This document shows, piece after piece, positions 12,590 to 26,053 of a stretch of DNA of 64,000 nucleotides. The stretch comes from Mobula hypostoma. Its lineage: Eukaryota. Both the position numbers and the translations under genes were made by a program. The notes beneath the pieces were generated by a model. That model saw only the letters and a program-made list of their open reading frames with translations, made no database searches and was not told the DNA's origin. Position 1 is the stretch's first letter. Each line of letters begins with the position of its first letter. The stretch spans positions 2,978,001 through 3,042,000 of the forward strand of contig NC_086109.1 in NCBI RefSeq assembly GCF_963921235.1, written 5' to 3'.

Positions 12590-12918
12590 TCATTAACAAG
12601 GTGTTTTCACACACAGAACTTCCACTCACTGGAATTTTTTTTGTTTCTCGCACCATTTTCTATAAACTCTCAAGATTGTTGTGCATGAAAAACCCAGCAT
12701 ATCAGCAGTTTCGGATACTCAAGCCTTCCTGTCTGACACAAACAATTGCTCCATGGTCAAAGTCACTTGGATCACATTTCTTGCCCATTCCGATCTTTAG
12801 ACTGAAGGACAACTGAACCTCATGACCACGTCTGCATGCTTTTATGCATTGAGTTGCTACCACATGATTGGCTGATTAGTTATTTACATGTGTGGATAAT
12901 AAAGTGGCCACTGAGTGA
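12590..12918. mobile_element. Tc1/mariner-derived non-autonomous DNA transposon fragment
   Basis: It ends in taataaagtggccactgagtg, the reverse complement of the Tc1-type TIR cactcagtggccactttatta (recalled motif). Only one end is seen. Confidence 0.6.
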
Positions 12919-13287
12919 ATGCCCTGTGACTGAGAGCAGAGAATGCTGGCAATGATCAGCAGGTCAGACAGCATCTGTAGAAAGAGAAATGGTTCATATC
13001 TGTGGCTGAATAAATTCAGAACATATTTTCAGAACGCAGAGATGGTGGAAGAGACATGGATAGGATAAATGAAATATCTGATTGAGGGAGACCAGGGTTG
13101 TAGTGATCTGTTGTTGAAGAAGCCATCTGTTACATTGAGGGCAGTGGTGGGAAGACGAAAATGACATAATTAAAACGTAAAATGTCAGTGTTTCAGAGTT
13201 GGAAACATAAGAGAAAGTTGGAATGCCCAGTGGTTCAGACATTGTCTGGCGAGATAAAGAAGTTCAGAATAATACGTGGATATCCCT

Positions 13288-13672
13288 GGGTGGCAGAGTG
13301 GAGCTACATCTCTATCAAAGGAGGTGTAAGGCACTTATTCCCGCCCACTAGCCTGCAGGTCACCCCCTGGGAAAGGTGTATCACCTGCTTAGCCCCCCAC
13401 ACCCACCCCGATCAGGACCATGTGAAGCCGTGAGAGCAGGTGGCTGATCATACGAGCAGATGGTGCATATCTCAAGTCCTGGTCATGCAACCACTGATGC
13501 CAGGCAGGCAATCTCTGAAGTGCATTGATAATGGTTGGGGTCACCCGTCTTGTAAACAAATTGCCCAGAGGAAGACAATGGCAAACTATGTCTGTAGAAA
13601 AATTTACCAAGAGTAATTGTGGTCAAAGACCGTGGTCACCCACGTCATATGATTCATAATGATGATGATGAT
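13288..13672 (+). mobile_element. RTE-related SINE-like element (family C)
   Basis: About 370 bp with a Bov-A-like gaagacaatggcaaac motif and a (GAT)n tail. It has at least 8 copies in the window. Confidence 0.75.
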
Positions 13673-14324
13673 TGAAGCAGAATGGGACAGTTCTGATATA
13701 AATCAGGGAATTAAGGTACCTGAAACTGATGAATTTGATATTGATTCCAGAAGTTTCAACATACCCAGACTTTTCTATGTCCCATTTTAATTATTCAGTG
13801 AGACATCAGGAGCAGAGGTTCAAAAAGCAGATTAACACCATGACAACCCTTGCACTCAACTGATCAGAGAAATTCCCCTTGTCTTCTCCAACCGTCTATG
13901 CAACTTAAAACTAGTTTCTTTTCTACTGATGACCTGAAACGTTGACCCTGTTTCTTGCTTCATCATTGAATGTTCTGAATGTTTCCAGCACTTTCAGTAA
14001 TTGGATGTTCTTACCAATAATACACTTGTGAAAAGTGCTTGTAAAGCCAGCAGTGTTTCCTCAGAAGCTGGAGAACAATTCTAAACATTCAGCAAGAGTC
14101 TGTGAGAAGTTTGCAAAATTCGGTACTAAAGGAAGGTTTTAATGAGGAATTTTGCCAGAGGTTAATCCAGTCCAGAGGTGGTGAATCATATCGGGGGAAG
14201 CAAAACCTAGAGCAACAGGTTTGCTGAGGGTGTTTGTCGGCAGGTGACTGTGGACAGTAGCTCGGTGATGTATCTTAGTGTGAGGTCACAGGATGTGGAT
14301 TGTGTTCAAAGTAAGCTACAGAAA

Positions 14325-14722
14325 GCTCTATCATGGGCACCAGCCTCCATACTATCCATAACATCTCCGAGAAGCGATGCCTCAAAGAGGCAGCATCCAT
14401 CATTAAGGATCCCCATCACTCAGGATATGCCCTCTACTCATTGCTACCATCAAGGAGGAGGTACAGAAGTCTGAAGGCATGCATCCAACAATTCAGGAAC
14501 AGCTTCTTCCCCTCTTCCACCCAATGTCTGAATGGACACTATCTCACTATATTTTTATTTCCTTTTTTGCTGCACAACTCATTTAATTTAACTATTTAAT
14601 ATGTATATTCATACAGCAGTAATTCACGGTTTTACTCTATTACTATGTATTGCATTGTACTGCTGCCACAAAGTTAACAAATTTTACATTTGCCAGTGAT
14701 ATGAAACCTGATTCTGATTCTG
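14325..14722 (+). mobile_element. Rex1/Babar 3' end
   Basis: RCLKEAASIIKDPHHSGYALYSLLPSRRRYRSLK...FRNSFFP and a cctgattctgattctga tail. Confidence 0.85.
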
Positions 14723-15744
14723 AAAGTGCAGCATTGAAAATGCAAAAGGCAAGGTGGTGGTGGTGGTGGGGTGGGGGGGGGGGGGCGACGTTTTATTTCT
14801 GAACGAAATAAAGGTCAGGAAAAATGTTCATAAACAATTACTACTTGTTCTACAGAGATGAAAATATCCTCAAATCAAAACAAAGTTGCAGAATTTAAAT
14901 GATTTGATCTGGCGTTTCATATAAAATGCTTCAAAGCAATATATTTAAAAAAAGCTAATTCCTAAAATTGCACAGAAATGCTAATAAGTACCTCAGAGAC
15001 TCAGTAACAGGATATTTAATTGAGTTGAAAGTTATGAATTATAGTATTTGTATTCTAAATGAAAGAAAGCTATGGTTTGTTTGAGCATCTAGGGAAATAA
15101 AGTACATATCACCATGGATACTGGATCTAAAATGTAATAGTGAAGAGTATTAAGAATCAGGAAAAATATCTCTCGCCTCACATCAGGGAACAAATTAACT
15201 TACTGAGATCTTAATGCTCTGACTGCAAGTCTGAAGCTCGCTAGAAATGGTTCAGTGTTTATATTTTGCCCCATTCTCTAGTGCCCCATTACTGTCAATT
15301 GATTACTTGCAACCTTATGTGTATCAGCTATTAACATTTAATGCATTAAAATGAACGTGGTTAATAAACTTTCTCTGCAGCTGCACTGGTAACTGTCAAA
15401 CTTGATTAACTACTTATTTTTTAAACTTCACACGTTATTCATGTATTTTAATTTTTTTGATTTGAAAATAGTACAATTTCCCACAGAGTGTGCAATGGTT
15501 GCTGACAGCTCACAATGCTTTCTGTTTGCACAGCCTCCTGTTTATGATCTACAATTCATCAAGCCAGTCTCATATTCATTAGTGCTAATTGGGAAATGCA
15601 ACAAAGTCGAGTGTCCTGACATTTCAGTTCTAGAACATAGAAGACTACAGCACAGGAACAGGCTCTAGACCCATAATGTTGTGCCGAGCCAGCTAAAGAG
15701 CAAATCAAAGACACCCAAAGACTAATCCCAGACCCAGGAGTTAC

Positions 15745-15950
15745 TGCAGCTGCTGGAAATCTAGAGCAAAACACACAATGCACTGGAGGAGCTCAGCATG
15801 TCAGGCAGCATCTATGGATGGGAATGAACAGCCAATGTTTATAACAGTCCTGATCTCCAAGTGTCCTGATGGAAGATCTCAGCCCGAATTGTCAACTGTT
15901 TATTCCCAACTATCCATGCTGAGCTCCTTGAGCATACTGTGTGTATTGCA
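15745..15950. mobile_element. Older palindromic PLE-end element with decayed hammerhead
   Basis: Inverted arms (acacacaatgcactggaggagctcagcatg / catgctgagctccttgagcatactgtgtgt) around cagtcctgat...cctgatggaagatctcagcccgaattgtcaactg. Confidence 0.6.
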
Positions 15951-16784
15951 AACACTAACACCTCCTACCTACACAATGTCCATATCCCTCCAGCTTCCAC
16001 GCATTCTAAACATATAGAACACATATTTCTAAATTCATCTGAATAATTGTAAATACAATATTTCTAAATTTTCAGCTTGCACATACAAAAACAGTTCCTT
16101 ATTTGTATATTTTGTTTTACTAGTTCCCTATATCAAATCTTTTGATATTGCTTGGCTTTCAGTTCAATACTTCAGGAAAAGAAATAAAGGACGGTGATAC
16201 TCAAATAAATAAATAAATAAATCAGTTTTATACTCATAGGGGTCATGCTACAAAGCTGGCGAGACTCTAAATTCCTTGCTCATTTTAAACCTATACTCTG
16301 CACCACTTTGTTCTCCACTACCATGACATTGGTTGAAATATTATTCTTTGACTAAGCCTTTGCTTGTTACCTATTAACAATCTTCAGATGTTCCTCAGAG
16401 GTTTCTCTTCATCGGAGGAACATTACTGCGGGGTGTTGTGGATCATTGGTACTCTTCAGCTTTAGTGAAGTTCATGGCTTCCTCCCTTGCATTCCAACAA
16501 CCTAATACAGTAAAACTCTGGTATCAGATAGTTCCGAGACCCTGATGGTCTGGCATCTGGTTCACTTGTTCACCCATAATGTGAGTTAGGGCTGGACTGC
16601 GGGCTGCATGTGTGGACAGAGAGAGGGTAGGTGTCAGGAACATGTGTAGGATTGCAGCTCAAGCTGGAGTCTGAAGCTGGGCTCCCTTTAAACTCACAGG
16701 GTGTATTGGTGCACTATTTAACATCTAACAGAGTGAAATTAAAGTGCTTAGATATTACTAGATATACACATGGCTGTGTGGCTA

Positions 16785-17710
16785 GGCATAGCTCAAATAC
16801 CATCTATAAATTTGCTGACAATACAGCCATTGTTGGTAGAATCTCAGGTGGTGACGAGAGGACGTACAGGAGTGAGATATGCCAACTAGTGGAATGGTGC
16901 CGCAGCAACAACCTGGCACTCAACGTCAGTAAGACGGAAGAGCTGATTGTGGACTTCAGGAAGGGTAAAATGAAGGAACACATATCAATCCTCATAGAGG
17001 GATCAGAAGTGGAGAGAGTGAGCAGTTTCAAGTTCCTGTGTGTCAGGATCTCTGAGGATCTAACCTGGTCCCAACATGTAGTAATAAAGAAGACAAGACA
17101 GTGACTATACTTCATTAGGAGTTTGAAGAGATTTGGCATGTCAACAAATAAACTCAAAAACTTCTATAGTTGTACCATGGAGAGCATTCTGACAGGCTGC
17201 ATCACTGTCTGGTATGGAGGGGCTACTGCACAGGACCAAAAGAAGCTGCAGAAGGTTGTAAATTTAGTCAGCTCCATCCTGAGTACGAGCCTACAAAGTA
17301 CCCAGGATATCTTCAGGGAGCAGTGTCTCAGAAAGGCAGTGTCCATTATTAAGAACCTCCAGCACCCAGGGTATGTCCTTTACTCACTGTTACCATCAGG
17401 TAGGAGGTACAGAAGCCTGAAGGCACACACTCAGTGATTCAGGAACAGCTTCTTCCCCTCTGCCATCTGATTCCTAAATGGACATTGAAGCTTTGGACAC
17501 TATCTCACTTTTTAAAAAATATGTAGTATTTCTGATTTTGCACATTTTTTAATCTATTCAATATACGTAATTACTTTACTTGTTTATTTATAATAATTAC
17601 TATTATTTCTTCTCCGCTAGATTATGTATTGCATTGAACTGCTGCTGCTAAGTTAACAAATTTCACGTCACATGCCGACGATAATAAGCCTGATTCTGAC
17701 TCTGATTCGG
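16785..17710 (+). mobile_element. 5'-truncated Rex1/Babar LINE
   Basis: YKFADNTAIVG, WCRSNNLALNVSKTEELIVDFRK, FKFL, ESILTGCITVWYG and LLPSGRRYRSLK, with a (CTGATT)n tail. Confidence 0.9.
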
Positions 17711-17794
17711 AGTAACAAGAATCTCGACACACTGCCAGTGCAGCACCGCGGGAGTCTCAATAATCGGGGTTGTCAGAATGACCTATTTGTGCTT

Positions 17795-18025
17795 AGAGAT
17801 ACAGCATAGTAACGGCTCTCTGGCTCATGCCACCCAATAACATCAACGTGACCGATTAACCTCCTAATCTGTACGTCTCGGGGATGTAGGAGGAAACCAG
17901 AACACCTGGAGGAATCACTTGGGTCACGGACAGAACGTACAAACTGCTTATAGATAACGGTGGAATTAAATCTGGGTTACTGGCACTGTAATTGTGTTGT
18001 GCTAATCACGATGCTACCGTGCCTT
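17795..18025 (-). mobile_element. V-SINE (HE1-like), decayed
   Basis: Homologous to 8737-9006 (ggaggaaaccagaacacctggagg). Confidence 0.7.
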
Positions 18026-18302
18026 CCTAAACTACTGGGCCTAATGTGCTCACTGTAGCATGTAATCAGTGCTAGAACAGATGGGACCTTTGTTACTGCA
18101 AATGGTTCACAAAGCCATCAGCTGATCAAGACCAAATCAAGAATTAGATGGTTGAACAATTCAATTAAAAATTGGTTTCTCCACATTTTTGACAACATTT
18201 AGTCTACAACCCAAGGTACGATCATTGAATATTCTGATTCAAAGTTCAAAGTAAATTTATTATCAAAGAGCATATATGTTTACATTCAGCCAGAGACTCA
18301 TT

Positions 18303-18558
18303 CCACTGAGATGCAACACAGAGCGTCATAGGAGGTCGTTCCTGCCTGTGGCCATCAAACTTTACAACTCCTCCCTCGGAGGGTCAGACACCCTGAGCCA
18401 ATAGGCTGGTCCTGGACTTATTTCCTGGCATAATTTACGTATTACTTTTTAACTATTTATGGTTTTATTACTATTTAATTATTTATGGTGCAACTGTAAC
18501 AAAAACCAATTTCCCCCGGGATCAGTAAGGTATGACTATGACTATGACTATGACTATA
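18303..18558 (+). mobile_element. LINE 3' end (Rex1/Babar-like) with (TATGAC)n tail, nested in a minus-strand Rex1 3' fragment (~18240-18870)
   Basis: PLRCNTERHRRSFLPVAIKLYN C-terminus and a tatgactatgactatgactatgac tail. Confidence 0.75.
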
Positions 18559-19426
18559 TACTACCATGAGTTTCATTTCCTTGAGGGCATTCACAGTCAA
18601 CACAAGAGACATAACAGAATCAATGAAAGGTCACATTCTATAGGACAAACAACCAATGTGCAAAAAACAATGAACTATGCAAATACAAAAAGGAAAAAAA
18701 AACAAACAAAATAATAATAATAAATAAGCAATAGGCATTGAGAATGTGAGATGAAGAGACCTTGAAAGACCATGGGTTGTGGGAACAGTTCAGAGTTGGA
18801 GGGAGTGAAGCTGAGTAAAGTTATCCCCGTGAGTTCAAGAACATGATAGTTGTGGGCTTGCAGGTAATTCACTTGCCCCGTTCTTTACGCCCTCCCACAC
18901 TCACCCAGTTGTCCATTTCTCCCTTTGTATATCTCTCCCATCCCCTCCCTCCTCCTGGCTCCATCCGACCATCGTCCCCTCCCTGTTTGGTTGCACATCA
19001 TCGCCTTCCAGCCTCTATCTTATCTCGCTGCCCTCTGTTCCTGCTGCCTTACGTTCCTCTTCCCCTTCAGCCCTGATGCAGAGGCTCGACCTGAAACGAT
19101 GTTTGCCTCTATAGATGCTGTCTGACCTGCTGAGCTTTCGCAGTGCTTCTTCCTGTTCCAGAACATTCTTGTTTACTCTGGATTTTCACCATTTTGTTAA
19201 ATCTGAAGATACATTTTTTTTCTCATGCAGAATATCAAAATTAATATCCTATCTCGAAGAACTAAAGAAATTGCATAGTACCGATCTGATGAGCGTGTGG
19301 GTATGAAACAGGACTGTGCATGCCCAGACTGAATAGTTCACCTTGCTCATCTGCTCCGATTCAGTGGACGATGGGGAATGTGACAGGGCCTGTTAAATCT
19401 CTGATTTAAGCCTAGTGACATTGGGA

Positions 19427-19440
19427 GTTACTATGGTGAC
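19427..19440. promoter_or_regulatory. RFX X-box-like motif in apparently unique sequence
   Basis: GTTACTATGGTGAC resembles the GTNRCCATGGYAAC X-box. Confidence 0.3.
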
Positions 19441-19806
19441 AGTTAGCACTGGAGAGTGGTGAAGACGGACTGCCGACAATGTCTATCGAAGTCCTCTGAC
19501 AATTCCATTACCACTGCATGAGTGGTAATAATTGCTTTACCCCGTGCTGCTGCCGTAAATGCAGTTCACATAGAAGGTGGTTAGCTCTGATCATTAATAA
19601 GTGAGAATACATGACCAGCAATGTGAGCAAGCAGTACACCTCGGTCAACGTGAACGTGAGCTCTGCTATTAGTGTTACAGATGAGTCAGGCCCTTTGGCC
19701 CACCTTGTTTGTTCTGTGCTAACCACGATGGCAAATTAAACTATTGCCAGCTGCCTGCACATGGTCTATACCCCTCCATCCCCTGCCTTTTCATGTGTCC
19801 ATCTAT

Positions 19807-19886
19807 CAGGGGTTCCCAACCCAGGGTCCACGGACTCCTTGCTTAACGGTGTTGGTCCATGGCATAAAGAAGGTTGGGAACCCCTG
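19807..19886. mobile_element. hAT-type MITE (80 bp)
   Basis: Perfect 15-bp TIRs CAGGGGTTCCCAACC / GGTTGGGAACCCCTG. Confidence 0.85.
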
Positions 19887-21401
19887 ACGTTTCTGTTGTA
19901 TCTGCTTCTACTACCTCCTCCTCCACGCACCCTCCCCCCCAGCGCACTGGCAGCTCACTCCAGACAGCCTCCGCTCTCTGTATAAATAACTCACCTCGTA
20001 AATCTCCTTTCGAACTTTCCCCCCTCTCCTTAAACATGTGCCGTCTAGTGGATGACATTTCCATCTGACTACCTACGCTATCTATGCCTCTAATAATTCT
20101 CTATACTTCAATCACGTCTCGGAGGATCCAGAGAAAACATTCCAAGTTTGTGCAAGCTCTCTGTGTAGTTCCTATTCTCAAATCCAGGCAATGTGGATGA
20201 TAGAAAATTGGGGGGGCTAAGCAGGTGTAAGAGCTAAATTGATCTTAGAGTAGGTTACATGCTCGGCACAACATTGTGTGCTGAAAGGCCTGTACTATGT
20301 TGTAATGCTCTATGTTCTACATTCTATCTTGATGAATATCTTCTGTGCGCTCTCTGAAGCCTCCAAATCTTTCCAATACTGTGGCCACCATAACTGCACA
20401 CAAGGCTCCAAATGAGGTCAAACAAAAGCTTTATGCAGCTGCATTATGACCAGCTGACTTCGAAACCCAACGCCCTGGCCAATGAAGACAAGTCATATTA
20501 TATGACTTCTTCACCAACCCATCTACTTTCTTGTCCACATTCAGGGAACTGCAAAATCCCTCTGAACTTCAACACACTCAATGCTCCTTCATTCTCCCGT
20601 ATATTTGACTTCCCAAATGCAAATGTACTGAAAGTCCCAAGTACTAAACAGCTGTACCAGAAATCCCAAGCAAGTGAAGCATTTCACTGGATATTACAGT
20701 ATTTTGATGGGCATGTGACAAATAAAGCTAATCTTTTCAAGATCTTTACTGTATCTTTACGTATCTTAATCCTATTTGCCTACGGTATTTTGTAACCCCT
20801 CTTTGCCTTCTTAATTTCTTTTTAAAGTGTCTCCTTATACTTTGTCAGCTCTCAAGTCTATGCTTTCTATTTGCTCCTTTCTTCTCTTTATCTAAACCTT
20901 GACATCCCCAGATGTCAGGGTTTCAAATGCCTGTCACCTTTGGCTTTTACCCTTATGGGAGTGTGATAACCCTGAATTCCCAAGCTAATGCCACCCTTCC
21001 TGTACAATGGCAGTTATTACCAAGAGGGTCAGTGCGCGACAGCTTACCTGGCCAAGTACTGAAAACTTGCACCCGCTAACTGACGGCGTGTTCAATGACC
21101 TCTGCAGTCTCTCACTTCTGCAATCAGAGGTTCCCACCTGCTTCAAAAGGACAACAATCATTCACTATCGCCCCATAATCAATAAACAACAACGTAGGTA
21201 GTTTTACGGTCCAAATGCTCCAGGTGTGAACTTAGGACCAAGGAGATGGGATCTACTGTAGGAGTGTTTCAGTGGTGGACAAATTGCAAAGATTGAGGTT
21301 GTCTGCGAGTCTGGAGTTGATGTGTGTCATGACCATGTCTCTTCAAGCACTTCATGATGGTGGATGTCAGACCCACAGCATAGTAGTCAGTGTGACACAT
21401 T

Positions 21402-21765
21402 TCATTTGTTTGTTGTGTGCTGTGTCGTATAGTGTGGGCCATCGTGGCCTTTCCATGACCGTGATTGTTCTTGGCAATTTTTTCTACGGAAGTGGTCTGC
21501 CATTGCCTTCTTCTGGGCAGTGTTTTTACAAGACGGGTGACCCCAGCCATTGTCAATACTCTTCAGAGATTGTCCACCTGGCATTGGAGGGAGCATAACC
21601 AGGACCTGCGATATGCACCAGCTGCTCATATGACCTGCTCCCATGGCTTCACGTGACCCTGATAGAAGGCTAAGCAGGTGCTACGCCTTGCCGAAGAGTG
21701 ACCTGCAGGCTAGTGGAGAGAAGGAGCACCTCATTCCTCCTTTGGTAGAGACGTATCTCCACCCC
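21402..21765 (-). mobile_element. RTE-related SINE-like element (family C), nested in a Rex1 fragment
   Basis: Reverse-complement copy of 13288-13672. Both flanks carry Rex1 RT remnants (GLTSTIMKCLKR). Confidence 0.8.
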
Positions 21766-22337
21766 GACATCGTTATTACTTTGTTTTTATTAGGTACTGG
21801 GATGACAGTGGTCCTAAAGCAGGTGAGGACCTCATATTAAAGCAGAGAGAGCTAAAGATATCTGCAAGTACTCCTGCCAGATGACTTCCAGAGGATTAAG
21901 GACACAGCCAGTGGGACACCATCTGGGCCGAATGCTTTCTGTAGGTTCACCCTCTGGAACACTGATATTGCGTCTGCAGGTGCTGTCTGTGGGTTCAGGT
22001 GCCTGGAGACTGTCATCTCCATTCCACAATCAGCCCCTTTGTTTTTGCGACATTGAGGGAGAGGTTGTTTTCTTGACACCACTGTGTCAGTGTGAGAATA
22101 TGTTAAGCTGATCAGGATAGGATGTGCTTGTGCTGTTGTTGGCAGTGCTGTCACACTTCATTGTCTGACTATTCACATTACATATGCCCTCTTCTGAAGC
22201 TATACAGTATGTATAAGGTCACACTTCAGCCCCCTTTGTTGTACATAGAGCATAGAACAGTATAGCATATGAAGAGGCGTTTAAGCCCACGAAGTCATGC
22301 CAAAGTAATTAAACTAATGACTACTAATTACATTAAT

Positions 22338-22607
22338 CCCCTCTGCCTGCACATGGTCCATCTGCCTCCATTCTCTGTCCCTCTGCCTGAATATGATCCA
22401 TCTCTCCATTCTCTGTCCCTCTGCCTGAATATGATCCATCTCTCCATTCTCTGTCCCTCTGCCTGAATATGATCCATCTCTCCATTCTCTGTCCCTCTGC
22501 CTGAATATGGTCCATCTCTTCATTCTCTGTCCCTCTGCCTGAACATAGTCCATCTCTCCATTCTCTGTCCCTCTACCTGAACATGGTCCATCTCCCTCCA
22601 TTCTCTG
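22338..22607. repeat. 38-bp minisatellite, ~7 copies, inside a CR1 3' end (CR1 ~22245-22950, minus)
   Basis: Unit TCCATCTCTCCATTCTCTGTCCCTCTGCCTGAATATGA. Confidence 0.9.
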
Positions 22608-22974
22608 CATATTCATGTATCTAAGTAAGAGCCTCCAGGCACCCACTTCTCTCTGTGTAGAAAACCTTCCCCTACTCAACTCCTTTTGACTTACCCCCCT
22701 CACCTTAATTGCATGCCCTCTGCTATTAGACATTTCAACCCTGGGAAAAAGATACGTTTGTCTACTGTATCTGTGCCTCTCATAATCGTATAAACCTCAA
22801 TCAGGTCTTCCCTCAGCCTGTGCCGCTCCAGAGAAAACAACACATGTTTCTCCAACTTCTCCTTCAAACTCATGCCCTCAGATCCGGGTAGCATCTGGGT
22901 AAACCTCCTCCGCAACCTCACAAAGCTTCCACATCCTTCCTGTAATTCTCCAGAGGTTGTTCAACCAGGGTTTG

Positions 22975-24010
22975 ATTCAAACTTCAATATTCAAGATTGG
23001 TTGGTGTAATTTCCAATATATATAGCTGTAAAGGAGAACAAAATAACTGTTACCCTGGTTCTGATGCAGCACAAAGAAAACATAAGAAGATAAAGATAAA
23101 GAAAAGATACAGAAAAAATATAAATATATAAGTTACCTTCTATACATAGATTGATTGTATGTCCATAAAGTGATGCTAGGCACAGGAGTGTCTGTACACA
23201 AGGTGACTGAGAGGAAATGATAAAGTAGTGGTGGTTGGGGGTGTGGAGGGGTGGGTTAGCAGTTGGAGGTGTTGATCAGCCTTACTGCTTGGGGAAAGTA
23301 ACTGTTTTTGAGTCTGGTGGTCCTGGAGTGGATATTACATAGCCTCCTTTCCGATGGGAGTGGGACAAGCAGTCCATGGGTGGGATGGGTAGGACAATTC
23401 ACGATAGTACTGGCCCTTTTCCAGCACCTTTCTGTATATACATCCTTGATATTGGGTACGCTGGTGTTGGGGATGGGTGGTCATTTGGAGTACCTGTTGT
23501 AGAGTTTTCCTGTCTACCGCAATGCAGTGTCCGTACCATGCAGCAATAAGGTTTGTTAGGATGCTCTCTACTGCACATCTGTAGAAAGACATGAGTACAG
23601 TCGTGCATAGTCCCACTGTCGTCTGCCTCCTCGTAGACATGTTCTGGGCCCAAGAGAGGTTGTGTGTGATGTGCTCTGCTAGGAGCTTGAAACTGCTCAT
23701 GGTTTCCACAGATGTGCCACTAGGATAGAGAAGGGTGTGAGTGTTGTGGATTTTCCTGAAGTCGATAACCATCTCCTTTGTCTTGTTGACAATGTCCAGC
23801 GCTAAGCCTCGAGCTCTACCACCTCCTCTCTGTAGGCCATCTTATCGTCATTGTTGATGAGACCCACAACTGTCATGTCATCGACAGACCTAACAAAGTG
23901 ATTACTCAAGCGTTTGGCCGTCCAGTCACGTGCGGGCAGAGTTTAGAGCAGTGGGCTGAACACCCAGCCCGGGAGTTGTGGGGGTGGGGGGGTGGGGGGT
24001 GGTGTTGAGA
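22975..24010 (-). mobile_element. Rex1/Babar LINE RT to 3' end, decayed
   Basis: MVIDFRK, SSFKLL and FYRCAVESILTNLIAAWYG...DRKTLQQV. Confidence 0.8.
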
Positions 24011-24244
24011 ATGATGGGGAGGAAGAAGCAGTAAAGCTGCAGCATAACTTTCTGATTCTTGAACTCAGTATTTCCACGAACAAGAATTCCGTGTTAACTT
24101 GTGCAGCCACTTTCAGGAAGCTTTCAACTTGTCCCTCTGCACATTTACATTATTAAGGACCCTGTTGTTAACAGTGTACGGTCCCTATATATTTGATCTC
24201 CCAAAGTAAAAAACTCACACTTGGCCGGATTATTATTTTTATAT

Positions 24245-24500
24245 TTATTAAGTGATACAGCGTGGAATACGTCCTTCCAGCCCTTCTGGCCCTTCGAGCC
24301 ACACGGCCCCAGAAACCCCCGACAAACCCAATTAACCCTAACCTAATCACGGGGCAATTTCCAATGACCAACTAACCTACCTAGTAGGTCTCTGGACTGT
24401 GGGAGGAAGCTGGAGCACCCAGAGATTCAACAGGGAAGATGGACAGAGACTCCTTACAGAACAGTGTTGGATATTGAAGTCCAAACTCCAGAACACCGCG
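24245..24500 (-). mobile_element. V-SINE (HE1-like)
   Basis: Homologous to 8737-9006 (caattaaccctaacctaatcacggggcaattt, tggactgtgggaggaagctggagcaccc). Confidence 0.7.
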
Positions 24501-24509
24501 TTTAGGGTT

Positions 24510-24990
24510 AAAGTTCAAAGTAATTGTTATTAACAAGTTACATACACGTCACCATTTCCAGCACTGAGATTCATTTTCCTGTGGGCATACCCAGCAAATC
24601 TACAGAATATTAACTATAACAGGATCAATGAAAGATCAACCAGAGTGCAGAAGACAACAGACTGTGCAAATGCAAATATAAATAAATAGCAATAAATAAT
24701 GAGAACATGAGATAATGAGATAAAGAGTCCTTGAAGTGAGATCATTGGCTGTGGAAACAATTCAATGGATGGGCAAGTGAGTGTGGTTATCCCCTTTTGT
24801 TCAAGAGCCTGATGGTTGAGGGGTAGAAACTGTTCTTGAACCTGATGGTGCGAGTCCTGGGCTCTTGTGCCTTCTACTTGATGGCAGCAGTGAGAAGAGA
24901 GAATGGCCTAGGTGGTGGGGATCTCTGACGATGGATGCTGCTTTCCTACAGCATTTCATGTCAATGTGCTCAGCGGTTGGAAAGGCTTTA
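24510..24990 (-). mobile_element. Rex1/Babar 3' end
   Basis: Minus-strand RKAASIVRDPHHLGHSLFSLLPSSRRHKS and a 3'UTR shared with other copies. Confidence 0.75.
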
Positions 24991-25814
24991 CCATGGTCAC
25001 GCTAAGAGCTGCGTTACTGTGGTGCTGAATTAGATATGACTTTTCTCTAACCGTATCAGCAAATGATCTAAATCCCACTGTATACTTTGGCTGCTTTCTG
25101 CACTGTTCCTGTCCCTTCAAACAAACTCTGCTAATCAACCTCTACTAGATCCTGCTAAATTCCCCCAAATTTAGACCTGCTCCAGTTTAGACCCTAATCT
25201 GTAGGCTTGACCTATTCCTTTCTATTGTCGTCTTACAGTTAATAGAAGCATGATGTTGAGAGTCAAAGTTTTCTCTGACTGCCATTTCACTCCTCGTTCC
25301 GAAGAGGAGATCTGGTATTGCACCTTCCTGAGTAAGGATCTCAGTCCACTCAGGCAAGAAACTTTCCCGAATTCCACCCCATCCAGGGAAACAGTGGGTG
25401 GTCCAGTCAGTACTGTAGAAAATGAAATCTCCCACTAGTACAACTTTATAATTCTTACAACTATGAGCAGTTTCTCTGCACAGCTGCTCCTCAACTAATT
25501 TGTACATTGCCTCAGCTTGCTACAAGTCTTCTTGCTACGCCATCTTGTACTGGTTTCAGCCTTCTCATCTACCACCCTAGTGCTTTAGGCCTCACCCCAC
25601 TACCAGACTAGTTTACACATTCCTGATTTGCACCAGCAAATCTCCCTGCGAGGGTATTGGCACCCTCCAGCTCAGCCGTAGCCCGACTCTGTTCAGGTCC
25701 CACCCTGCAGTGGAAGACATGGTCCACAGATCTAAAGACATTCCCCCTGTATCAGTTCCTTAGCTTCCACAGTCTGAGCCGAGAAATCTATATATTACTT
25801 CAAAGCAATTGATT

Positions 25815-26053
25815 CTACATGGAATGCAAATCATGTTTCTCTTTGTAATCATTTGCTTTAAGCACCACGTACATTAATTTGAAATCTATCAAAGCTCATT
25901 TTCAGTAAATTAGTTCTCTCACCAGCATAGCTTCAATGGATGCACAGTTCAAAGTTAATTTCTCTGTTGTAGAGCAACACTTACTGGAAGCAAGAGGGAT
26001 GACTGTGATTTTAAAATCTGATGAGCAGCGAGCCAGCCTATTCCTGCAGAATT
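25815..26053 (+). repeat. Left copy of ~240-bp direct duplication flanking the HERO-like element
   Basis: Aligns by eye to 27944-28184 with about 12 substitutions and one 2-bp indel. Confidence 0.95.

Noticed and set aside
14752..14786. G-rich tract with G-quadruplex potential
   Set aside because: A simple low-complexity run, common in such genomes, with no functional context.
22314..22733. Repetitive-peptide ORFs and a CRISPR-like periodicity
   Set aside because: These are translations of the 38-bp minisatellite. There are no unique spacers and the context is eukaryotic.
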